Assembly: GCA_037379345.1 (NCBI GenBank)
Contig: CM074514.1
Coordinates: forward strand, 29,698,001 to 29,762,000
Reading direction: 5' to 3'
DNA length: 64,000 nucleotides
Origin: Perna viridis
Lineage: Eukaryota
A program made the translations under genes and the position numbers. Numbering within the stretch: the stretch's first letter is position 1; each line of letters starts with the position of its first letter. Of the stretch, positions 48,681 through 60,318 are shown piece by piece. The notes below the pieces were generated by a model that was not told the DNA's origin, did not search any database, and saw only the letters and a program-made list of their open reading frames with translations.

Positions 48681-51259
48681 AATGCCTTCACCAGTTTATT
48701 TTAGTATAGGAAAATGCTACAACCCAACAACCATACTACAACTGTACCTTAAATTAAAGGTCAATGTTCAGATCATATGTACACAATAAGCTATGAAAAG
48801 TATATCAGTTACCAATATTGACTTTAGTCTGTATTGAACTGAAGTTTTATACAATATGCTGCCATCAGCATTAATGTAATGACAATTCATTTCATATCTG
48901 AGATGAATTAAGAAATAACATCATTATAATTGTCTCACGAAGTCTGAATAACCATGTCTTCTGAGGCTTAGGTTTTTAATCTAGTTTGAAATTTAGTTCT
49001 TACAAGGGAGGTGTTCTTGTTTCGTGGAAACAATTCTTTTCAAGATGAGATTATATGGAAAGTATATGACTCCATCTTTATAACAGTTATATCCTTCATA
49101 TATTACCATAGAACATTATTGTCTTGTCTGTAGAGGATGTTCTTAGATTTTTGTATAGAAAAGAATTCCCAAGATTGCTAACTGATACTGAATGATAGTG
49201 TCACCATTAGTTGAATAACTTGTATGCAAACAAACATGCTGAGATATCACATGTTATCAAATTGGTTTCATTGTGAACTAAAGCAATTACCATTTAAGTC
49301 CTCTGCCACAGAGTTTTTGGTAGCTGTTCATTTGCAGAATTTTTCAATATTTGGTAGGATTTGAAGACTTGTAGATAGTCATACTATACCATCATTTAGG
49401 TTGGACAATTTTTATATGAGTTATGGGACTTTTTTTCCACATTTCTTATTGATTATCTTCCTTTATGCAGTACAACTAAAGACTGCTTTGCTACTGCTTG
49501 TTGGATTTCTTCTGTATTTAGTAGGATTTTATTTTTTGTTACCAAGTGTAAATGTGCATATTTTATCCATATAAACTTTATCCCAAAATAATTTTTCAAT
49601 CACAAACCTTTGTATAACATCAAAATTTAAGTAATTTGATATCAGCATGACATGCATAATATATTTAACCAAGTGACCACATATTTATTCAAATCACAGA
49701 TATAAGATTACAACATGAAGTTTTGATCAAGGAAAACAAGTGCTCTTTCATCTGTGATTTTTGAACTCTTCTTACTTTTAACACAAATTTTGTGTATGCC
49801 TTGTTAAATTGTATGAATTCCTCAGATCCAACAATATTGGCTGGATATCTGTAATTATTGTTACATGTAAAGGTTGGGGAAAATATGATCTGTAGTGTTC
49901 TAGAAGAGCCATTGACATTATGTAAGTTACAGCAATTGATAATTAACAGATTTTGTAATTACATTAAGCTTTGATTGAAGTGTTTGTATTTGTAGTAGAA
50001 TGCCTCTTCATCATCAGTGAACCAATTGGTATAAATATTAATCAAGGTATAATTAAAGCATGTCGTGATTAACAGTCAGTAGACTTGCTACAAGTCTAAA
50101 CAGTCAGATTCTTCAATTGAAAATTTAATGATGCAAACAACAGTTTTTCCAAGACATGCATGAGGTTATGATTTATTATCTTAGCATATTCAGCTTCTTT
50201 CATTGCAGAATACCTTGTTGGGAGTTTTTTTTATGAACTGAAGATATTTATACATTATTACTTGTTTACCATTTTCCAAATTGGCAGGTGTTTCTAGACA
50301 ATCAGACGGTTCTTACGCTACCAGTGAATCTGGTCCATGCTCCCATGTTTTAGGGGAATCTTTTTGAATTTAGTACCCTGTAAAATCAGATGATTGCTCT
50401 CTCAGTGTTTTGGTGGTGATTTCCATTGACTGTTAGAATCAGTATTATTTTCACAAAATTAACTTTTTCTTTATCTAATACTTGCTAATATAAAAGGCAA
50501 CAACCATTTGATTTACTTTGGCCAGCGGTGTGTTTTTTTTAAATAGTTTGTTTCCAAATTTTTTATTAGAGAAATAAATAGTTTGTTTTCAGCTATGTCA
50601 AAATATAATTGTCTTTTTACTCTCAGCTTCTACTAACATTAACCGTATATTTGAAGAAAAAAACTGTTTTCAACTAGTCATGAAAAAAAATAAATTAGAG
50701 ATACAAAAACATATTTTCTAGCCCCGTTCTGTTAAGAACTGACTTTAGCATGTCATGTTGGAGTCACACTGGTATAGTACAATATACAAAAAAAATAATA
50801 TAATTATCAATACATGTACCAGTAATCATACTTGTATTGTTTACTATAACAATAGGACCTGAATTGATTCAACTCGATTTAAATATTGTGTAGAAGCTGG
50901 ATATCTATGATATCTTTATCTCCCAAGTACCAAAGTTGGTTAGTTATAATTAGAATAGTGGACATATGATAGACCCTTGAAACTTCATTACTTCATATAA
51001 GGTTATCTATTGTAGTACAAATTGATTTCTTTCTTAATGAAATAGAAATCCAGAACAAATAATTGAATTTTTCTCTCTTGGAATATTTGATAGGATTTAT
51101 GCTATGTAAACATTCTGTATTCAGAAAATAGTTGAAAATTGAGTCTGAATATTGTCCTTTAGAAGAGTAAGATCTATATGATTAAAGAATCTCTCAAAAT
51201 TCATGTCAATGTGAAGTACTTAACTATTTATTGGGAAGTTAAGTATCTCTTCCATGTAG

Positions 51260-52830
51260 TGGGGTGAAATTTATGATACCAGCAGTGTGGGTGGATTGTA
51301 TGGTATACCAGTAGTGGGGATGAACTGTATGATACAAGCAGTGTTATACTAGCAGTTTCGGTAAATTGTGTGATAATAGCAGTTGGAAGGATTGTGTGAT
51401 ACTAGCATTGTGGGTGGATTGTGTGATACCAGCAGTGTTGTTGGATTGTGTGATATCTGCAGTGTTGGTGGATTGTGTGATATCTGCAGTGATATGAACA
51501 GTGTGGGTGGACTGTGTAATACCAGCAGAGTTGGTGGATTGTCTGATATCTGCAGTGTTGGTGGATTGTGTGATATTTGCAGTGATATGAGCAGTGTGGG
51601 TGGATTGTGTGATACCAGCAGTATTGGTGGATTGTGTGATATCTGCAGTGTTGGTGGATTGTGTGATATCTGCAGTGATATGAGCAGTGTGGGTGGATTG
51701 TGTCATAACAGCAGTGTTGGTGGATTGTGTGATATCTGCAGTGATATGAGCAGTGTGGCTGGACTGTGTGATACCAGCAGTATTGGTGGATTGTCTGATA
51801 TCTGCAGTGTTGGTGGATTGTGTGATATCTGCAGTGATATGAGCAGTGTGGGTGGACTGTGTGATACCAGCAGTGTTGGTGGATTGTGTGATATTTGAGT
51901 GAAATGAGCAGTGTGGGTGGATTGTGTGATACCAGCAATGTGGGTGGATTGTGTGATATCTGCAGTGTTATTGGATTGTATGATATGAGCAGTGTGGGTG
52001 GATTATGTGATATCTGCAGTGTTGGTGGATTGTGTGATATTTAAGTGAAATGAGCAGTGTGGGTGGATTGTGTGATACCAGCAATGTGGGTGGATTGTGT
52101 GATATCTGCAGTGTTATTGGATTGTATGATATGAGCTGTGTGGGTGGATTGTGTGATATCTGCAGTGTTGGTGGATTGTGTGATATCTGCAGTGATATGA
52201 GCAGTGTGGGTGGATTGTGTGATACCAGCAGTGTTGGTGGATTCTGTTATATCTGCAGTGTTGGTGGATTGTGTGATATATGCAGTGATATGAGCAGTGT
52301 AGGTGGATTGTGTGATACCAGCAGTGTTGGTGGATTCTGTGATATCTGCAGTGTTGGTGGATTGTGTGATATCTGCAGTGATATGAGCAGTGTGGGTGGA
52401 TTGTGTGATATCTGCAGTGTTGGTGGATTGTGTGATATCTGCAGTGATATGAGCAGTGTGGGTGGATTGTGTGATACCAGCAGTGTTGGTGGATTGTGTG
52501 ATATCTGCAGTGTTGGTGGATTGTGTGATATGAGCAGTGTGGGTGGAATGTGTGATACCAGCAGTGTTGGTGATGATAGCAAGAGTGTGGCCAGATGGTA
52601 TGGTATACTGGCAGTGTGGTTGGATTGTGTGATACTTGCAGTGTGGGTTGATTATGTGATACAAGCAGTATGATGGATTTTGTGATATCTGCAGTGTTGG
52701 TGGATTGTGTGGGTGGATTGCATGCTACCAGCAGTGAGGGTAGACTGCATGCTAACAGTAGTGTGGGTGATGATACCAACAGTGTGGCCAGATTGTATGG
52801 TATCTGCAGTGTTGGTGGATTGTATGATCA
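51260..52830. repeat. Complex minisatellite of 27-bp units with 12-bp sub-duplications and higher-order structure
   Basis: gtgat(atct/acca/atga)gcagtgt(t/g)ggtggattgt repeated ~55 times; accounts for all ORFs predicted in 51344-53014. Confidence 0.92.
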
Positions 52831-55800
52831 AACCACAAAAATCAATATTTTCCAGAAGGGGTGTCTAACCTCAGAACCCTCTGTACCACTGTACCAAAAT
52901 GAATTTGCATGCACTGTCATCCTAGACATGGTACAGGAAGTTGATATCAGAGACAACCAAAATCACTTAGGTCTCACTAACCACTTCTGGGTCAAATGGC
53001 CACCTCCTATGTAGTACCAAAAACACACTGAACCTAGACCTATGCATTGTTTGTGCATTATTTGTGTGTATTCTGATTAAAAGTAATCAAAATAAAGCTG
53101 AGAATGTGTACTTTAAAACCATATATTTAATTTACTGCAAAAGTGTATGAATATTGTTTACATGAGTGAGTAATTTGCCTTCATGCTGTCAGTTAGCAGA
53201 AAAGGTAAAACTGTGGATTTTCAGTATTATTTATTCAAGTAAATTTTGTGAATAATTTCTACTACAATCATCATACCATTAGCATAATGATTTTGAAAGC
53301 CTTATTTTCCCAGCTTCACAATGGTATGCAACTTTAAACATCATTTGTCCTCGGAATTCACAGTGAAACTTTGGAAATTACATGTAAAGTAACAGAAACA
53401 TTAGAAGTGGTTAGTGAGAACTAAATTATGGCATATTTCAGAGAAATACATACTTTGAGGAAAATTGCCTTTCCTGGTCATTATTTCCATTTTCTCATAA
53501 AATCAGTATAGTAATATTGGTAATCTGGCTATATTTTACGAGGTGTATTGTACAGGGTATTTTAAAAAACAACATAGCAACAAGATTTTTATCAGTAAAA
53601 CTGACTCATAACTTGACATCATCCCTGAAATATATAACGTCACTGCTTGGGATATTCAAAGTACTCAAACTGTCATACAGCACAGACTAAGAATCACACA
53701 GTGATGAAATAGGTATGATATTAATTGTTGTTATCTCTCCCTTTTTCACAATGATCAACTACTACAACTTCTTGAATTATCATAGATATCAAAATGGTAT
53801 GACAAGTTACCTAAAATTGTCATTTTTAGTAATTTAAGAAAAATATTACTGAGGGGCATGATATAAAAATGGCCATTTCTTTGTAGTCCCATGTCTGACT
53901 TTGATAGTTTTGGTCTTATTAGACTTGCAATACCACAACCTTTCATAAAATGTAAAAAAAAGAAAAACATAAAACATCATAAAATATTTTTACAACATAT
54001 GCTTCATCTTTATTAAACAACACACTAAATTTTCAATCAATTCATCCACTGGAAGATCTTTGTGGCAAAAAATTTCTCTATCATTCCATATAGTGAAGAA
54101 TGGCGAAGTCCCACAGAACAGTAAGTTCATATTGGACAGAGCCCAAAATCACTTACAATGTATGACCCATCTATATTAAGATACTTACTGAATTGGAAAT
54201 CTTTATGGAGCAGAGATAACCATGACAAATTTCGGACAGATGGATGGAATGATGAGAAGACGTGGTGATTCCATTATACTACCCTTTCATTGAGTGGGGT
54301 TATAATTAGCTTTTTTAGTGACTTAGAGAAGGTCAACTAATGACCAACCTGAGTACAATAAAATGATCTATTTGGAAAAGGATTTACAAGGATCAACTGT
54401 TTAATTCCATGATATTATTTCATGTTTTAATCAGAAATACAGCAATAACTCTCGTCTTTTTTTTTGTATTATCCAAATCAGGCTAAAACAGATCATTGCC
54501 CTGTCAGATTACAGTTAACTAGATTAACAACAATTCCACGGTTTATTTGTTTCCATTAAAGTAAAGTACTGAAGTCCATACATTATTCCACGCTATACTT
54601 AAGTGAGTCATTAATAAGCCCACATTTGACGTTAGGCTTTAATATGGGATGGAATCTGACTGATGACATTGTTGATGAGTAAATGTCAGTGTTGTTATGT
54701 ACTTGGAAAAGGTCGAAAGGGGTCAAATATTGACTCACTGAAACTTAAGTACCACAGCAGTAGAACACATACAAGACTGAAGAGCGCCACATAAAAATAT
54801 TCTCAATATCACTAGAATATTTTGAGACTCCTTTTAACTGATATAAATCCATACAAAAGTAAACAATTTCTAAGTTGCCAATAAATAATACATACAGCCT
54901 TATTTGTAATTCCTCTTGTCAATAAATCTTATGAACAAGGTAATTTTAACGAAGTATGGAAAAGGAGTAAAGTGACTAGAGCTGTTCAGAACATGCCATG
55001 CCAACCACATTTGAGCTAGATTTCATAAAATACCTAATTTGAGTTTTTTTCTCAAATTTTTCCTCCACTCAAACATTGATGAATCATGCATGAGTGTTAC
55101 AAATCATAGCTTATAAAGTCTGAGAATGTTCTTTCATGGTTACTCAAATCAAAGACTTAGAAATTCATTTAAGAAGTTTTTCAGACTAAAGCGACTTTTC
55201 AAGTTTTGTGGCACTAGGACATGATTCCTTAAATTCCATTAGATCTGAAAAAAAATGGAAGATATTTTTCAGAAATATGTAACTGGGAAAACAATATCAT
55301 CTTAGTTTAGGTCATTTCTATTCTTACAACACCTCATATGGACATTGAAATATACCCACCTATTAAATAACTGAAATAAATAATACTGTAAATGTACTAA
55401 TTTTTACTATTTTCATAGTGGACAGAAAACAGTGTAAAATAGTACACACGAAATTGATTTTTTAACACTACATAAAGCTAATCATTATTTTGAAACTGTG
55501 AAAGTTGATACCCGCAAATATGTTCACTTGACAGAATCCACGAAAATTAGCAACCACGTAAATAAATATGTTTACAGTATATTAGAGGAAATATCCAAAT
55601 TCTCAAAATATGAGGTTACAAAAAGAGAAAGATTTTCAAGCTGACTTGTAAATAAGTTTGTATGTAATAAAGTACAATAATAAAAATTCCCAAGAGTAAC
55701 TGAATGGGTCATAGCAAATGCACTAGAGGGTACTATTAAGGCATCAATCATTTTTATACTGATGGGGGTGGGGCTGGAATCTTTTTAAAAAAAAATAGCT

Positions 55801-56875
55801 ATTCTCAATAGGAGCAACAAAAAAATGTTTATCCAGCCATGGACAGAAAAAAATATTATGATTTAATATTCCCCTCTCACCTAACAATATAGATTTTTAA
55901 ATAAAAAAACTAACTACAGTTGCTGCTAAAAAAATTAAATATTTTTGTACTTGCACAAAAATAATTCTATCTCAAAATAAAATTCCCAGGCAACCCCCCA
56001 ACTTGAGAAAAAAATGGTCTGTGCCTTAGCCTTTAAGAGTAGGCAATCTTACTGAAGTAAACTAAATCAGAAATAAAAAAAAAAAAAAATTAGAAGACAC
56101 GTGATTACATACAATACTTATGTCCAACAGAGAACAAGAAAACCACAAAATAAATATTCACCAGCCAACTGCAGGGAATAAACTATATGTATTTTCAAAT
56201 CAGTTTATGGCATGACATGTACAGTTGCTTGTACTATTGTACTATTGTACTATACGATATATTTTTTTCTCAAGATAACAGACCAATCGTTGCATTAATC
56301 CACTTCATCGAATTCCTTTCCAATTTGTCTCATCAAAAATTGACTTTTTTCCTAAATTACTGGTCTTTTGTTTACATTTCATTAACACTTTGCAGTACAT
56401 AGTTAGATCTAATAGCTTTCGATTATCTTTATTTTTTGTAATTTATTGATAAATAATGAAATAAAGTAATGAAATTCTAGGGTTTTGTTGTTGGAACTGT
56501 GAATGTCGTTATCATTTAATTACTTATCATCCTGTATGACAATGAACACTAGAGAAGGGATTCCAATAGCTGATCAATTCCAAACGATGTCAATAAACTG
56601 ATGTGAAAGACATAGTAGTAACATGAATATAATACAAAACAAAAAAAACTGTCATTTCACTAGTCATAAATTTTCACTAACAAACGGTAAAAACATTCAT
56701 AATTTATTTTGCTCAACTGATATTAAAACTCATTTACGTCACAGCTAAATGATGGATCGAATAGTAATATTGAGACAACTCGGCTGATGGAACTTTCTCC
56801 TCACTAAATTTGCCAGATGTAAGGCAAAGCTGAATCTAGGGACCATAATAGAACACAATATCAATTCCATATCCA

Positions 56876-57033
56876 TCATATCAGTTCATGGATGGATTTC
56901 AGCTCCTCTTTTGACAAGGGATTAAGATTGAATCCTTTAATGTCATCTTTTTTCTCCATGTCATATAATTTACTGACTTTTGGTTTGAGTTCTCGTCTTA
57001 ATGTGTTTATCTTATCATCAAGTTCTTCAAAGT
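56876..57033 (-). CDS. PDRG1: PDRG1 (p53 and DNA damage-regulated protein 1, prefoldin-like), last coding exon
   Basis: ttttcag acceptor then (D)FEELDDKINTLRRELKPKVSKLYDMEKKDDIKGFNLNPLSKEELKSIHELI*, matching the PDRG1 C-terminus LDKEIEKLRKQLKVKVNRL...KGFNLNPL..DELKA as recalled. Upstream exons not located in the window. Confidence 0.85.
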
Positions 57034-59797
57034 CTGAAAATAGAAAGTAAAATAATTATTCATCTCCTTTGATAGCTGCAGACTATTTTTCTAGAAAGAT
57101 ACATCCAATTTCAATTTGAATTGGTGTCCTAGGGACATGAAATATTAATTACCATTAGTTGTGACGGCAGTATTGCTGTTTGTATCAGAACCAGTTACGT
57201 AATTTCTGCAATCAAATGTATACAAAGACTAGACAGATTCCAGATAGACTAAGCTAAATTTGGAAATATAATCTTTTCCTTTACTTTATGAATGTTTTTA
57301 GTAATTGATATAGGCCTTTTTCGAAACTACCTCATTCTTTCTTTTATCATTGGGAAAATATGCATCAATTCTTAAATCTGGATCTTTGGAATAACTGTTA
57401 CAAACCTTTGAATTTGTAGTAAAAATGATTAATTTTATAGCTGATATAAAAAAATAAGTCTTATAATTTAGACAATTTATCACTGTTAATTGAAACACCA
57501 TAACCTATAGACATCCATTTGGGAAATTTCTTATCTTATTAGGGCCTATTGACAAATTCTTTTTGGGGAAACAGTCATATTTTGGAGGCAATTTAATGCA
57601 GATAAAATCACTGTTGGTTTAGATGGTCTTTCAATACAGCTAGTGTTACAACTTATGATTAAATACCTACAATTGTTTTGATACACATGGAAAGCTGAAT
57701 TGTGCACTTTTGTAATTTAATATTCTACAAATTCTTTTGAATCATCCCAACATTCCACAATTTCGAACTTTATTGAACTCTAGGTGTTTTTAAGATTTTT
57801 TCAAAATGATGATGGATTTTCGGTTCAAACTGCTTGTCTATCAAGTACATTATAGATTCAAAATGCTGTTAGTACTGTTTTTTTGGGGTTTTTTTTTTTG
57901 TGAAAATTATACCATGAACAAAATTTAAATGATTCCATGATAATAAATAAAATTATAATCATACATATGCATTTCCCATACTATTTAGAACTAATTTTCC
58001 TAATATGTATAAAATGAATGTCAATCAATTACTTATTTCTGGAAAAAAACTGTATTGATAGTTAAACAGTCTCCAACTGTACACACATTTACAAATTTGG
58101 TTCTGTTCCATCTTTTTTCCCAATTTTTTTTAAACCTGTCCAAAAGTTATCACATTCAAAAGTATTTTAACAAAGTGTTATCCTACACTGTAATTATACT
58201 CAAATGGAACTAATTTCAGCTAAGAAAATACTTTCCTTGATCAACATATTAAGCTAAGAGAGTGAAATAATAGACATATTTGGCCTTGAGATCAAACAGC
58301 TAGGTCACGAGAAGCTCTTCATGGTATATAATATAGTGATCCATGGTGTCACATTTAAACAGCCAAAGATCTAAGACTTATTAACAGACAAAAATAGGTA
58401 AGGAATGTATAGCTTAAAATTTACATAGAGATGAACTATATGTCATAGGTTTTATGTAGGTCATCATGGTACATACAATCATATGCCAAAAAATCTAAAG
58501 CCTAGGCAGACAGAAAGTTCATAAATAAGCAAGGACATATTACCTGAAAACAGGCACCAAAGTTCTAGTTCTAAATGCACAGTAATATTCAGCATATCAA
58601 AGAAACTCAAGGTTTTTTATGAAATCAAATAAAATTTAATTTTGGCCATCTACATTAATGAAAACATAAAAAAAATCCACACAAAACATTCAGCATATCA
58701 AAAAGGTTTACACATTGGAGGATACAGAGAATGGTGCAATGGGTTGGCACCACCATTTTTATTGAAAATTGGACAAATATGGCAAAGAATGCCCTAGCAC
58801 CCCTTTATCTGAGGAACCACAGCTGGCGCCCCTTCTTTTCAAAGGCTCCACCCCTGTTACATGTAACAAGAATTAAAGTAAACCCAACTGAATAAGTAAG
58901 AAAATTAAGAAAATTAAGAAAAAGAAAATTTTCACATTGCTTGTTTTAGACCAAAATCAGCCTTGAGCTTCCTTGTGTGGTATGGGACATTGGGGTACAC
59001 TTTCATACAGATCTATTCACTGATACTCAAGTTACTGTACAAAACCCTAGTATCTACAAAGCAAGCACCATACTATTATACAACAACAAACATTTTTGTG
59101 GGTACAAACAGCTTGTCTTTCCTAAAATTAAAAAGGAACCTGAGATATTTAGATATTACAGGTCTCTGATCAAATACAATTATTTTTACCATCCTTAAGC
59201 ATGAAGTAAGGCTTTAAATTACAATTTGTCTATAACTTTCATTCCTTCAATGTTAATTTGAATCCCTGGTTAAGATTCACTATAGAAATAGTAGCATAAT
59301 AATTCATCTGGAATTAAATGGAGTTTGTCCATTGAAAAATTAAGAAAATTGAGACCTAACCATGAAATTCCATTAAACTCATTACAAAGCAGTATGTTAA
59401 TTGCCATGCCATTAGGTTTCACTACATTACTTTACATCATTCTCAGAAAAAATGAAGATTTCAATTGAAACCAATTACCACTCTACTATACGAGGAAACT
59501 CCTACTGTTATATATCATATTTCTTTATTTAAAATTCAAACATGCTGTTCAGTAACAAAAGATTTAAAAAAAAACATTTAAAACAATGAAAATACATTGT
59601 TCCAGGGACAACTTATTCCAATGTTAGATAGATGAATATTCTAAGATAAAGAAAAAAATGAAATTAAAGAATCCTAGTAAGCATGCTCGCAATACCCCTA
59701 CACTTTCACATTTGTATTGTTCAGAATAAATTAGTCCCAATACCCCAAAACCAATCCAAGTTTAAATAGCTACTGTCTGTTCACCAAAGTTTGAAAG

Positions 59798-60318
59798 TTT
59801 TGTTTGTTTGTTTGTTGGGGTTTACCGTCCGAGAAGCAATATTTCAGCTATATTCAGACAATGAACATGAAATTGATGATAAAATGAACATGAAATGATG
59901 ATGAAATGAAAAAGGGATGGGACACAAGCACAATAGGGTCGACAAATTTTGATTGCCACTGGAAATAGGGAGAGATGGGTAGGGTCGGGCAATTTAGCCT
60001 CCTGTGGCGGAGCCCTATAGTTCCTACTCCGGGAAAATACCGCAGTAGGGTTCTTTAAAGTGTGAGGAACGTGCCATCTTTCCCAACACTGTGCTCCACT
60101 ATGGTTTGCGGTCAGGTTTTCCGTATTATAGCCTGACAACCCCAGCATGTAACACGCCAGGGGTACCCCATTCCACCACCTGGGGCACACATCCCAGTTG
60201 CTCTGTGGGCAGAGTGCCCTAGCCCCGGCTAGGGTTCTGAGCACTATTTAGTCGCCTTTTACGACAAGCTTAGTGCTGCTGCAGGCCTATTCTTTTAATA
60301 CCCGGACCTGCACGGGGC
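59798..60318 (-). mobile_element. Intact non-autonomous non-LTR retroposon (SINE-like) with structured non-tRNA 5' head
   Basis: Perfect 14-bp TSD ccaaagtttgaaag (59784-59797, 60319-60332); (AAAC)n 3' tail; GC-rich island in an AT-rich background; central gcacg...taaagaaccc motif; no A/B boxes at the 5' end. Confidence 0.88.

Noticed and set aside
51344-53014. Mucin-like, CxxC-rich and His-rich ORFs as real genes
   Set aside because: They follow from 27/12-bp periodicity on both strands; frames break mid-array; no signal peptide or splice context.
59822-60244. 140-aa minus-strand ORF
   Set aside because: Lies wholly within the GC-rich SINE-like element; no domain similarity.
60190-60318. 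Canonical HDV-like ribozyme
   Set aside because: A P1 (GCCCCG/CGGGGC), P4 and CAA joiner can be drawn, but only ~9 nt are left for P3/L3, too few for the nested double pseudoknot. Kept only as an unclassified structured RNA.
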